Source: Longimicrobiales bacterium
GTDB taxonomy: Bacteria > Gemmatimonadota > Gemmatimonadetes > Longimicrobiales > Gaopeijiaceae
DNA length: 64,000 nucleotides
Direction: 5' to 3'
NCBI GenBank assembly: GCA_965219445.1
Contig: CBDCNQ010000005.1
Location: 544,001 to 608,000 of the forward strand
Shown: positions 43,273 to 53,119 of the stretch, piece after piece
Position numbering within the stretch: the stretch's first letter is position 1
Layout of the letters: every line of letters begins with the position of its first letter
Notes under the pieces: model-generated
The model's database searches: none
Seen by the model: only the letters and a program-made list of their open reading frames with translations
What the model was told of the DNA's origin: nothing
Program-made: the position numbers and the translations under genes

Positions 43273-44042
43273 CTGGTACTCGTCGCAGATGAACACGGCG
43301 GGCCGGAGGTAGCGGCCGGGCCGGCGTGCGAGCTCGGCGGGCCGCCGGAGCAGCGCCTGCATCCAGGCGTTCTTGAGCAGCACGCCGATGGCGCGGGCGA
43401 GCGCGGGGTTCGCGCCCGCGGGCATGTTGAGCGCGAGGACCTTGCCGCCCTCGATCAGCTCGCTGAGCGGCGGCAGCCGGCGCCGGAGGCCCGGCACGGG
43501 CCGGACGGCCGCCGCATCCTCGTCCGGTGTGTCCTTATATATATGTGTGGGCGCATCCGGCTCGGGAGGCGGCGGGCAGAACACGCCGGCGACCTGCGGC
43601 TGGTCGAAGAGCGAGAGGAACACGCTGATGCCCTCGACGATCGACGTGCGGAGCTTGGCGTCGAGCGCCGTCCAGTCATGCAGATACCACCGCTCGATGG
43701 CCTCGACCTGCTCACGGAACTCGCTCCCCGCTCCGCCCCCGCTCTCCTCCGTCTCGTATGCGACCTTGAGTTCCTTGAGCCGGTCCCGGAGTGCGGGGTC
43801 GAGCTGGCAAGCCGCCTTGTCCGAGCCGGGCACCGGCTCCCAGCCCCAGTCCCCGAGGGGTTCCTTGTGAGCGGCGAGATCCTTGGTCGCGACGGTGGCC
43901 CGCACCGGGCAGAGCCGGTCGGCCAGCTCGCGAGCCTCGCCGATCTTGCGGCCGAACAGTTCCGCATCCACCGTGCAGCGGTAGATGTCTTGGAGCGTGA
44001 CCCAGCCCCCCGGCAAGAGCCGGTACAGTTCGATGATCCAGC
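43273..44042 (-). pseudogene. VirD4-like middle fragment
   Basis: ELYRLLPGGWVTL...PAVFICDEYQ; co-linear with the intact copy. Confidence 0.9.
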
Positions 44043-44131
44043 ATCCGCTTTCGGATTCGGATCTGTTGTGATCATTGAACTTACGAGATTTACCGGTCGG
44101 ATTCCCGCTGTTTGATTCCCGCCAATTGGGC

Positions 44132-45295
44132 TCAGGTCCGAACTCTCCGGCGGTTTGCGAGCGCCGCCCTGAGTTGTCCCTCGTCCGCCCGCTGATAACA
44201 CTGGAGGACGGTCTTGGCCGTCTTCCATCCGCCGAGTTCGCAGAGGACCTTGAGGGGCTGGTCCATGAGATCGGACGCGAACTTGCGCCTCAGCGAGTGC
44301 CAGCCCCGTCCGCGTTTCGGCTCCAGACCTGCGAGCCCTTCGGCCCTCTTCCACCAACCGCGGGAGATCCAGGAGCCGACACTCACCGAGGGGTCCCTCG
44401 ACGAGGGCAACACCGGAGCGCTGCCGGTCACGGGGTTCCGCCCCCGCGCCGACTCCAAGGCTGCGATTGCTTCAGCGGTCACCGGCGTTCGGTGCTCGTA
44501 GCCGGTCTTCTCGTGCTCGCTGCGCCACCGGATGGTTTCGCGTGCCAAGTCGATGTCGGACCACCGGAGCTTGCGGATGGCTCCGATGCGGTGTCCGGTC
44601 TCGTGCGCGAGCACGAGCGCGAGATGGAACCGCCAATCCACCTCTTGGGACACCTTCAGAAGCGCTTGGTACTCGTGTTCGGAAAGAACGACCCGGGTGG
44701 GGTTCTTCTCCATGGGCATCTTCAGGCCCCTGAGCGGGTTCGACTCGAGGAGCAGGCGGCCCCGCTCGTCCCTCGACCTCGAGGCCCAGTTGAGGACCGA
44801 GATCAGGTACCTCAGGTCGTATTCGATCATCCGATCCGACACGGGCCTCCCGCTGGGGCCTACGCTTCCCGCCCTGCGCGCCCGGATGAATCGGTCCCAG
44901 TCGCGCTGCGACAAGGTCGCCGGGTCGCGGCTCCTTCCCAGGAACCCGAGGAACATCTTCGCCGCGGTCCGGTCGTGCTGCCGCGAACTCAGGCCCTTGG
45001 TGGGCGTCACCTCTTCACCGTAGATGTCAAAAAGCGTTCCCAGGGTGAGCGGCTCGGGCTCGGCGTTCTTCTTGCCGTTCAGCTCCGGTCCGGCGAACCC
45101 GGCGGCGAACTCGTCCGCCTGCCTCCTCGCCTGCCTCCAGTCGCGGTGCTTCAGCGACCTGGTGAGCCTGCGCCCGTTGTCGCGCCACTCGATCTGGTAC
45201 AAGCCGGTCTTGGGATCGGGGAACACCCTCACCCGGTTCCGGCCCCATTCGCCGGCGCTGTAGCCGCGCCGGACTCGTTTCGTGCGTGCCATCAT
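44132..45295 (-). CDS. Tyrosine recombinase of ICE copy B
   Basis: Paralogue of 33974..35137; GATTCCCGC repeats at ~44100-44121. Confidence 0.92.
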   Translation of the reverse strand: MMARTKRVRRGYSAGEWGRNRVRVFPDPKTGLYQIEWRDNGRRLTRSLKHRDWRQARRQADEFAAGFAGPELNGKKNAEPEPLTLGTLFDIYGEEVTPTKGLSSRQHDRTAAKMFLGFLGRSRDPATLSQRDWDRFIRARRAGSVGPSGRPVSDRMIEYDLRYLISVLNWASRSRDERGRLLLESNPLRGLKMPMEKNPTRVVLSEHEYQALLKVSQEVDWRFHLALVLAHETGHRIGAIRKLRWSDIDLARETIRWRSEHEKTGYEHRTPVTAEAIAALESARGRNPVTGSAPVLPSSRDPSVSVGSWISRGWWKRAEGLAGLEPKRGRGWHSLRRKFASDLMDQPLKVLCELGGWKTAKTVLQCYQRADEGQLRAALANRRRVRT

Positions 45296-45681
45296 TCGAT
45301 TCCTTTTTCGATGATGGACTGCACGATCTGCGCGTTTGAAACGTCGCGTCGGCGGGGCTTCTCCGCCAGTCGCGGCTCCGTTGGCGCGTGAGCCTTCCGT
45401 GGCAGGTGCCCGCGGGCGATCCTCGGTGCGCCGGGGCGTCCGGCGTTGGGGATCCGGCCGTCGCGGACCAGGCGGCCGAGATGGTCGGCGGAGTAGCCGC
45501 TCTCCGTGGCCGCCTCGACGAGCGAGAAGGTGGTCTCGTCCCTTTCGACGAGCGTGGCTTCGAGTTCGGCGGCGCAGCTTTCGAGCGCGGTGGCCGGAGT
45601 CTCGCCCCCGTAGCGCCGGAGCGCCTTGGCGTGCCTGCGCCAGTTGGCGGGCAGTGTCTCGACGGACGTTCGCTCTCTCAT
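45292..45681 (-). CDS. Excisionase-like HTH protein (copy B)
   Basis: SLVEAATESGYSADHLGRLVRDG. Confidence 0.6.
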   Translation of the reverse strand: MRERTSVETLPANWRRHAKALRRYGGETPATALESCAAELEATLVERDETTFSLVEAATESGYSADHLGRLVRDGRIPNAGRPGAPRIARGHLPRKAHAPTEPRLAEKPRRRDVSNAQIVQSIIEKGIE

Positions 45682-45687
45682 GCGCGT

Positions 45688-46002
45688 TCAGTCCCAGTCG
45701 CCTTCGGCGTTCCTGCGGAGCGCTTCGGTGAGGCCCGTATCCCCCTCGCCGCGCCGGACGGACCGTTCGGCGAGATCGACGCGCCGCCCGAGGTCGGCGA
45801 GCCCGGTGGCGCGGGCGACGGCGTAGATGGCGGCCGCGACGGTTGCGAGCGCGAACGCGAGGTGAAGGGAGAGCAGGACGCCGTAATCGGCGAGGATGGC
45901 CGGCCAGAACGGCGACAGGTATTCGAGGCGCGGCCCGGCGAGGATCATGGCCGAACCGGCGATTGCGGCGGTAAGTCCCGCGCTGATCTTCCAGGGTTGC
46001 AT
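45688..46002 (-). CDS. Small membrane protein (copy B)
   Basis: Homologue of 35577..35891. Confidence 0.7.
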   Translation of the reverse strand: MQPWKISAGLTAAIAGSAMILAGPRLEYLSPFWPAILADYGVLLSLHLAFALATVAAAIYAVARATGLADLGRRVDLAERSVRRGEGDTGLTEALRRNAEGDWD

Positions 46003-46023
46003 GGGCTGAAGTCCTCCGGGTCG

Positions 46024-46923
46024 TCAGAGTTCGACGGCGGCCGGGTTGCGGTCGGCTGGTCCGCGCAGCCAGGAGCCGCCGTCGCCGCCCAGGCCGAGCT
46101 TGCCGAGGAGTTTCCCGGCGGCCGGCCCGTTGGCGTGGAGCGCGAACCCGGCGGCGGCCTTGGCCCGGACGGCCCCTTCGCGGTAGTTGCCGGAGACGGC
46201 CTCGATGTTGACGCGTCCGGTCCGGCCTTCGGCGTCCGTGTACTCGATCTGCGCGTCCGGGTGGAGCACGCGGCCCTCGTCGTCGAGGGGGAGGCCGAGC
46301 TCTTGGGCGATCCTGTGCCGTTCGGCATCGGCGGCCCGCTTGCCGTCCTTGAGCCGGGCGGCCTCGCTCGCTCGCGCGACGGCGCTCTTGAGTTCGGCGT
46401 CGAGCCGGACGCGCTTGACGGTGGCTCCCTGTTCCACGAGGCGCTGCCGTTCCTTCCAGCAGGCGCGGTAGACGGCGGTGTCGTGCGCGGCGTCGGCGGG
46501 CCTGGTGCGTGCGATCCGGATCTGCTGTGCGGGATCCATCTCGCGTTCGGCAGCGAGTTTCCGGGCCTTGGCCACGCCCTTGCGGGTGAGGGAGAGGACC
46601 TTGAAGGGATTGCCCTTGGGTCCGGTGGCCCGGGTCTCGGTGACGAGACCGTCGCGGATCCAGGCGTTCACGGCCCGCTTGGTGGTGTGGGGATGGCCGC
46701 CGAAGCGGGCCTCGGCGAGGTCGCGGTAGGAGACGGCGCCGTAGACGCCGATATCGGCAAGTCCGCGGGCGCACCGTTCGGGGAAGGAGATGGACCCGCC
46801 GTCCCGGCTCGCGGCGTATTCTCGACGATGGCCGTTCCGCATGCGTTGCTTCTCGCGGCTGGGTGGCGCGGCGGAACGGGGGTCCTCCTCGACCGTGCGG
46901 TCGAACATCTCCCTGCCTCTCAT
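46024..46923 (-). CDS. wHTH / replication-relaxation-like protein (copy B)
   Basis: Homologue of 35910..36812. Confidence 0.5.
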   Translation of the reverse strand: MRGREMFDRTVEEDPRSAAPPSREKQRMRNGHRREYAASRDGGSISFPERCARGLADIGVYGAVSYRDLAEARFGGHPHTTKRAVNAWIRDGLVTETRATGPKGNPFKVLSLTRKGVAKARKLAAEREMDPAQQIRIARTRPADAAHDTAVYRACWKERQRLVEQGATVKRVRLDAELKSAVARASEAARLKDGKRAADAERHRIAQELGLPLDDEGRVLHPDAQIEYTDAEGRTGRVNIEAVSGNYREGAVRAKAAAGFALHANGPAAGKLLGKLGLGGDGGSWLRGPADRNPAAVEL

Positions 46924-46930
46924 CGGTTGC

Positions 46931-47959
46931 TCAGCGGCTCGGCCCGGAGCTGCGCTCGGGCACGGGGAGCGGGGGCACGGGTACTTGGGTCCGCTGGGGT
47001 CCAGGCGCGCGGGACGCGGCCACTGCCACGGGCTCGCGCACGGCCTCGCGCTCGATGTGCCGAACGAGCACGAAGTCCGAGATCTTCTGCGCGTCGGCGG
47101 CGGCGCGCCGGATCTCACGCGGGTCTTCCTCGAGCGCGGCGATCCAGCCCTCGACGTACGCGGCGCCCCGGCTCGGATCGTGGCCGACGCCGACGCGCTC
47201 TCCGGTCATCATCGCGCTGATCTCCGCCCGGAGCTCCTCCTTCGCGTAGTCGGGCGATCCGAACCCGGTCTTGATCCCTTCGACGAGCGTCTCGCGGTTC
47301 ATCCGCTCAGGGTGGCCGGTGCTGTGGCCCAGCTCGTGGAGCGCGGTCTGGTAGTAGTGGTTGGCGGAGGGGAACTGTCCGCGATCGGGCAGCACGACCT
47401 CGTCGCGGTTCAGGTGGTAGAAGGCGCGGTCGCCCGCGACGTGGCGTATCGGCACCCCGCCGTCCTCGAGCACCCGTTCGGCCTCCTGGTGGGTCTTCCA
47501 GAGCGGCTCGGGCGTCGGGGTGGACCGTGCGGGCAGCCCGTCGGCCTGCTCGGCGTTGAACACGGTGTACTGGCGGACGAAGGGCGCCTTGAGCCGCTCG
47601 TAGCGGTAGACGCGCTTGCCCTCGCCGTCCCTCCTGGGCCGTCCGCGCTCGTCGGTGACTTGGGTCCGCTTCTTGTCCTGGAAGGAGAGGATGCGGGTGC
47701 CGGTCTCGCCCTTCCTGACCTGTCCGCCCCGGGCCTGGATCTGGCGGTAGGTGCCCCAGCGCACGTCGCCGTAGCCGCGCTCCTGCTGGACGGCGGCGAG
47801 GTGCAGGCTGTTGCCGCCGCGATAGGAGCGGTCGGTGTCCACGTTCGCGGGGAGCACGCGCTCGCCCGGCGCCCACGGCTTCTGCCACGGCGCGGTGCCC
47901 TGCTTGATCTGCTCGATGACCCGGTCGGCGAACTTGCGGTGATACTCGTCGTGCTTCAT
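46931..47959 (-). CDS. ardC: ArdC-like protein (copy B)
   Basis: PWQKPW, LHELGHSTGH, YAKEELRAE. Confidence 0.9.
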   Translation of the reverse strand: MKHDEYHRKFADRVIEQIKQGTAPWQKPWAPGERVLPANVDTDRSYRGGNSLHLAAVQQERGYGDVRWGTYRQIQARGGQVRKGETGTRILSFQDKKRTQVTDERGRPRRDGEGKRVYRYERLKAPFVRQYTVFNAEQADGLPARSTPTPEPLWKTHQEAERVLEDGGVPIRHVAGDRAFYHLNRDEVVLPDRGQFPSANHYYQTALHELGHSTGHPERMNRETLVEGIKTGFGSPDYAKEELRAEISAMMTGERVGVGHDPSRGAAYVEGWIAALEEDPREIRRAAADAQKISDFVLVRHIEREAVREPVAVAASRAPGPQRTQVPVPPLPVPERSSGPSR

Positions 47960-48149
47960 CGGTCGTCCTCCTCCCAGTACGGATCGGCGCCGGCGTCCAG
48001 GATGTCTTCCTCGCTCCCGACCTCCTCGGGGAAAAGGCCGTACTGCTCGGCCAGGTAGGCCGGGACCTCGAGCGTCTCGCCTCCGTCGCGCGCGAGTTCC
48101 CGGTCGAAGTCTTCGAACGTCTCGACGCGGATGGTCGTCTCACCGTTCG

Positions 48150-49158
48150 TCATGGGTTCACCTCCTTGGGTTGGTGGGTGCTGCTTTGGGGGGGTTCCTC
48201 GACCCCGCTCGATATCGGTTCGGTGACCCAGTGGCCGGTGGCCGCGTCGTAGCCCTGGACCTGGATGGCCTCCTCGACGAACCGTCCTGCCTCGTTGCCG
48301 GGTGATGTGGAGCACGAGCGCGATGCCGTCGACGACGCCCCGGCAGGTGACCTCCCAGGGGAGCGCCCCTTCGCCCTGCATGGCGCAGCTGGCCAGGCGC
48401 GAGAGAGCGGAGCGGGCGTTGTTCGCGTGCACGGTGGTGAGCGAGCCGCCGTGGCCGGTGTTGAGCGCCTGGAGGAGATCGGCGGCCTCGGCGCCCCTGA
48501 CCTCGCCGACGACGATGTGGTCGGGCCGGTGCCGGAGCGCGTGGCGCACCAGGTCACGGATCGATACCGGCGTCTCGGTGCCGACCGCACCGGCCTCGAA
48601 GCGGAGGCAGTTCGCGCGGTCGATCCTGAGCTCGAGCGTGTCCTCGATCGCGACGATCCGCTCGTCCTCGGGGAGCAGTTCGATCAGCGCGTTCAGCAGA
48701 GTGGTCTTCCCCGAGCCGGTCCCCCCGGAGACGAGGATGTTCCTGCGGGCGCGGAGCACCCTCTTGGCTTCGCGCAAGACCGCCTCCGGCAGCGAACCCA
48801 GGCGCACGAGATCTTCGGGCGAGAACGCCCGCCCCCCGAACCGACGTATGGTGATGGCCACCTCGGCAGCTGCGGGCGGGGTGCAGATGGCGACCCGCGA
48901 CCCGTCGCCGAGCCGGGCGTCGAGGATGGGCCGCGCGGCGGGATCGAGCCCGAGCGGCCGGGCGATGTGGATCGCGGCGCGGTGGAGCCAGGCGGCGGTG
49001 AGTCCGGGCGCGTCGTGGGGCTCGAGCTTCCCCGCCCGCTCGACCCAGACGTTGCCGGGTCCGTTGATCATGATCTCGGAGACCTCCGCGTCCTCGAGCA
49101 GGGTCTCCAGGCCCGGAAGGAACGGAGTGAGGTGGCCGACGCCGCTCGCGCGCTTCAT
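48150..49158 (-). pseudogene. VirB11-type ATPase (copy B), frameshifted near 48285
   Basis: One extra base relative to copy A; C-terminus RFVEEA lies in another frame. Confidence 0.8.
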
Positions 49159-51200
49159 ATCCGGCCCTCCTCGCGGAGCCGCCAGTAGCCGGTCTCCCTC
49201 GGCAGGTAGTGCGGCTTGAGGTAGACGCGCCGCGCGGGGAGCGACACGACCCCGTCATACGGCAGGCAGATCGCCTGGTAGTTCGCGAGCAGCGAGAACT
49301 CGCGCGGCGTGAACACCGGCTCGCGGGCCTGCCTGAACGACTTGCTCGCGCCGATCGTGCCGCGTCCGCCTCCGGCGCGCCCGGAGAGGAGCGAGAACTC
49401 GGGCCTGCCCGTGTTCTCGGTGAACGTGTAGGAGGGCTGCGTCTTCATGACGGTGCCGCACATCTCGGACGCGACCCGCGCCGACGCCTCGTCGGACAGC
49501 GAGAGGAAGATCCGGGTGCGGAGCGTCTGGACGAGCGTGCGCCAGGCCTCGCCCGAGGGCAGCACGGAGCGGAGCGAGGAGATCGACTGCGTGGCGACGA
49601 TCGGGATGCAGCGGCACTGGCGCGTGAGCGCGAACGCCTTCTCGTCGCCCGAAGGGTCGTCCTGCCCGACGGTGGCGAACGCCTGGTATTCGTCGCAGAT
49701 GAACACGGCGGGCCGGAGGTAGCGGTCGGGACGCCGGGCGGCCTCGGCGGGCCGTCGGAGCAGCGCCTGCATCCAGGCGTTCTTGAGGAGCACGCCGATC
49801 GCGCGGGCGAGCGCGGGGTTAGCGCCCGCGGGCATGTTGAGCGCGAGGACCCGTCCGTTTTCGATCAGATCGGCGAGCGGCGGCAGCCGGCGGCGGAGTC
49901 CGGGCAGGGCGTGGGCGGGCGCGTGACCGTCGGCTTTCTCCCCCGCGCCCGCGTCTCTCTCACTTCCGGTGCAAGGAGTGGTGGGCGGCGGAGGGCAGAA
50001 CACGCCGGCGACCTCGGGCTGGTCGAAGAGCGACAGGAAGACGCTGATGCCCTCGACGATCGAGGTGCGGAGCTTGGCGTCGAGCACCGTCCAGTCGTGC
50101 AGGTACCACCGCTCGATGGCCTCGACCTGCTGCCTGAACTCGCCGCCCGCGCCTCCCCCGGCCGCTTCCACCTCGCATGCGACTTCGTGCTTCGCGAGCT
50201 GCGCCCGAAGCTCCGCGTCCATCCGGCAGCGCACCTGTTCAGTGCCGGGCACCGGTGCCCAGTCCCACTTCTTGAGCGCCTCCGCATGGGCGATCATGTC
50301 GTCGCTGGAGATGACGGCGTCCACCGGAGAGATCCGGTCGGCCATCTCGCGGGCCTCGCCGATCTTCCCCGCGAACAACTCCGCGTCCACGGTGCAGCGG
50401 TAGATGTCCCGGAGCGTGACCCAGCCCCCCGGCAGGAGCCGGTGCAACTCGACAATCCAGCGCACGAGGTTCGTGTACGCCTGCTGCCAGAACGGTTCTC
50501 GGCTCTTGCCGAAGAGCTGGTTGATGAGGGACGCCACGCCGTAGGCCAGCGAGTAGGAGTCGAGCAGCGGATCGTCGAGCGGGTTCCACTGCCAGGAGCC
50601 GTCGAGCCCGATTTCGAGGTAGTCCTCGCCGCGCCCGGCGTCCTCGAGGATGCCGCGGACCTGGTGGCAGAAATCCCCCTTTACCTCGAGCACGAGCGCG
50701 CCCGCCCTGCGGCCAGGATCGTCGGCCCGCCAGGAGAGGAGCTGCTGCGCGAACGGATACATGCAGGCGGTGGTCTTGCCGGTGCCGACGGCACCCACGA
50801 TGAGGATGCCGGTGTAGAGCCCCTTCTCGGGGACGACGAGCCAGGAGGGCCGCTCGCTCTCGCGCGCCACGGTCGGATGATGCAGTTCGCCGATCACGAG
50901 CGAGGGCGCCTCGTCGGTGGCCGAGGTGGGCCAGGCGGGGAGCTTCCCGCGGGCGCCGCGCCGGGTACGCGGCTCGAGCCAGACCCTCGAGACCGAGAGG
51001 CAGACGCTGCCGGCGAGCAGCAAGGCGACGGCCGGCACCGCGTAGTACCAGACGCGGATCACCGTGTGCAGGCCCGGATCGTGGTAGGCGATGAGGTCCA
51101 GCGCGGGGTTCCCGCCGATGCCCGGGAACGGCGCAAGGAACGCGCGGACCGTGGCCGCCGTCAGGGCCACCCCGATGATGACCAGCGTCCAGGGCCTCAT
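49155..51200 (-). CDS. VirD4/TraG-like type IV coupling protein, intact
   Basis: Two N-terminal TMs, GAVGTGKT, FICDEYQ, VATQS. Confidence 0.88.
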   Translation of the reverse strand: MRPWTLVIIGVALTAATVRAFLAPFPGIGGNPALDLIAYHDPGLHTVIRVWYYAVPAVALLLAGSVCLSVSRVWLEPRTRRGARGKLPAWPTSATDEAPSLVIGELHHPTVARESERPSWLVVPEKGLYTGILIVGAVGTGKTTACMYPFAQQLLSWRADDPGRRAGALVLEVKGDFCHQVRGILEDAGRGEDYLEIGLDGSWQWNPLDDPLLDSYSLAYGVASLINQLFGKSREPFWQQAYTNLVRWIVELHRLLPGGWVTLRDIYRCTVDAELFAGKIGEAREMADRISPVDAVISSDDMIAHAEALKKWDWAPVPGTEQVRCRMDAELRAQLAKHEVACEVEAAGGGAGGEFRQQVEAIERWYLHDWTVLDAKLRTSIVEGISVFLSLFDQPEVAGVFCPPPPTTPCTGSERDAGAGEKADGHAPAHALPGLRRRLPPLADLIENGRVLALNMPAGANPALARAIGVLLKNAWMQALLRRPAEAARRPDRYLRPAVFICDEYQAFATVGQDDPSGDEKAFALTRQCRCIPIVATQSISSLRSVLPSGEAWRTLVQTLRTRIFLSLSDEASARVASEMCGTVMKTQPSYTFTENTGRPEFSLLSGRAGGGRGTIGASKSFRQAREPVFTPREFSLLANYQAICLPYDGVVSLPARRVYLKPHYLPRETGYWRLREEGRI

Positions 51201-51504
51201 CGGTCCGACACCCTTCCCGGAGGGACTGCTGGCTGGGAGCGACCCCGCAGCGGAGGGGAGGATGGGGATGCCCATCGCCATCCTCCCCGATGCCGATCGA
51301 GGCATGCCGAGATGGGGGGTCGCTCCCAGCCACGGCCAAGGAACGCGGATCGGCAACGCCGCCCCGCTGGCCGTGGCACAACCGCCGGAGCGCCAGCGAC
51401 CTGGACGGCCGATGCCGTGTCCGTCCGACCGGCGATTTCGTGTCCGGTCACCCGCGAAGTGAACCGGACACGCACGGATCGGCATCGGCGCCCGCGGGCG
51501 GCGC

Positions 51505-52440
51505 TCAAAACAGGCCCCCGGAAAGCCGGGGGGAACGCCAGACCGTGAAGCCGTCGATCATCGCTTCCGAGGGCGCGGTCGGGAGCGCGGCCCTGAGTTC
51601 GACGATCCGCGCCAGGCAGCCCTGGAGACTGCCGTACGCTTGGATCACGCTCTCGTCCATGCCGCGGATGGCCTGCTCGATCCGGTCGATTTCGCGGCGG
51701 ATCCGACGGCCGGTCGCGGATGCTTTGGACCGGCCGGGGGACCGGGCCGGCGCGGTCCAGTTGCCGAGGACCTTCTCCGCCCGCTCGAACTCCCTGCCGC
51801 CCAGGACGACCGCGACGGACTCTACCGGTCGGCCCCGCTCCCGGAGCGCGCCCCAGAGTTCCCGGTGGGCGCGGCCCCAGGAGCGGAGGCCCGCGGCGGT
51901 CTCGTGGCCCGGATCGGCGTAGACGAACACCGCGCCCTGGCCATCAAGCGCGACGGGCAGCTTGAGCGGGAAGTAGCGCCGGAGGTTCCCGGCCGCTCCC
52001 CGGTAGAGCCGCGAGGGCAGGAGCCGGCGCTCGATGCCGAGGGCCTCGAACGCGGCGACCTTCTCGGCTTCGGTGGCCAGCCACGACAAGTCGGTGTGCT
52101 CGAGCACGTAGTCGAGCGAGAGCAGGCGCCGCAGGAGCACTTCATCGGAAGCGGTCCGGCGGTGGCGGATGTCCTCGGCCCCGAGCGCGCGGTAGATCCC
52201 GCGCCCGCAGATCCGGCAGACTTTCCGGCCTTCCAGTGTCTCGTCGGCTGCCAGCCTTCGCTCCGACATGGCCCGGACGAACCGAAGAGCCTGCCAGCGA
52301 TCGATCCGTAGATAGGCAGAGAGCTGGGCGCGGGTGAACACGCCGCTGTGCAGACAGGCCAGCGCGATCCACTCGGCCTGGCGTCCCGTCCACCCGAACG
52401 GCTCGAGCGCCTGTTCGCGCTCCCGCAGATGGGCGATCAC
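51505..52440 (-). CDS. Family X protein within the conjugation operon
   Basis: GTG start overlapping the virB8 stop; GWTGRQAEWIALACLHSGVF. Confidence 0.75.
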   Translation of the reverse strand: MIAHLREREQALEPFGWTGRQAEWIALACLHSGVFTRAQLSAYLRIDRWQALRFVRAMSERRLAADETLEGRKVCRICGRGIYRALGAEDIRHRRTASDEVLLRRLLSLDYVLEHTDLSWLATEAEKVAAFEALGIERRLLPSRLYRGAAGNLRRYFPLKLPVALDGQGAVFVYADPGHETAAGLRSWGRAHRELWGALRERGRPVESVAVVLGGREFERAEKVLGNWTAPARSPGRSKASATGRRIRREIDRIEQAIRGMDESVIQAYGSLQGCLARIVELRAALPTAPSEAMIDGFTVWRSPRLSGGLF

Positions 52441-53108
52441 CTGGGCTGCTCCGTGACCAGGGCACGGTCGGCCTGGAGGTAGGTGATGAGGATGCCCATC
52501 GGGTTGTAGACGACGAGCTCGGAGGGGATGACGGTGAGGAACGTGAACCGGAGCGTGATCGACCAGCGCTCGCGCCGGGTCTCCTGCCCCTGCCTGAGGT
52601 GGATCAGGTCGAAGTCGGCGGTCGCGCCGTGCGGCGCCTCCGGTGCGGGGTGGATGCGGAGCACGACCTGCTCGACCTGGAGCTCGGTGTCGGCGGTGCC
52701 GGCCGCCATGGCGGCGACCTCGGCGCCGTCGCGCGTGAACGCGGCGTTCGCCAGCTCGGTCGAGAGGAACCGCAGGCTCCGGGTCCAGTGCTCCTCGACC
52801 GTCGCCTGGCGCCTGGAGTAGAAGTCGGAGATGAACCGGTTGAGGAAATACTTGGTCGTGGGATCGAGCGGATCCGCCTGCGCCGTGGCGGCCTCGTAGG
52901 CTACGGCCTCGGCGCGGCCGACCTCGTCGACCCGGACCACGATCGGGCGAGGCGGCTGCACGGTCGCGACCCGGAGGAGCAGGAGCACGGCGAGCGCGAG
53001 ACACGCGGCGGCGAGGATGGTCGCCAGCGTCCGGAGCTTCCGGTTCGCCTCGACGGTCTCGCCCCAGATCTCCGCGTATTCGCGGCCGGCATCGTGTTCT
53101 CGGTTCAT
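52437..53108 (-). CDS. VirB8/TrbF-like protein
   Basis: Single TM, PIVVRVDEVG, C-terminal NPMGILIT. Confidence 0.85.
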   Translation of the reverse strand: MNREHDAGREYAEIWGETVEANRKLRTLATILAAACLALAVLLLLRVATVQPPRPIVVRVDEVGRAEAVAYEAATAQADPLDPTTKYFLNRFISDFYSRRQATVEEHWTRSLRFLSTELANAAFTRDGAEVAAMAAGTADTELQVEQVVLRIHPAPEAPHGATADFDLIHLRQGQETRRERWSITLRFTFLTVIPSELVVYNPMGILITYLQADRALVTEQPR

Positions 53109-53119
53109 GGACGTCTCCT

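Larger units (their letters stand above)
39573..43281. mobile_element. 3.7-kb integrative satellite element inserted in virD4
   Basis: 9-bp direct repeat CTGGTACTC at 39573 and 43273; GGGTGATC repeats near both ends; removal restores FICDEYQAF. Confidence 0.9.

Noticed and set aside
49209..51548. Long antisense or alternative-frame ORFs (also 17676..19421, 19291..21087, 44075..45391, 45388..47220)
   Set aside because: Shadow ORFs of high-GC genes, with no motifs.
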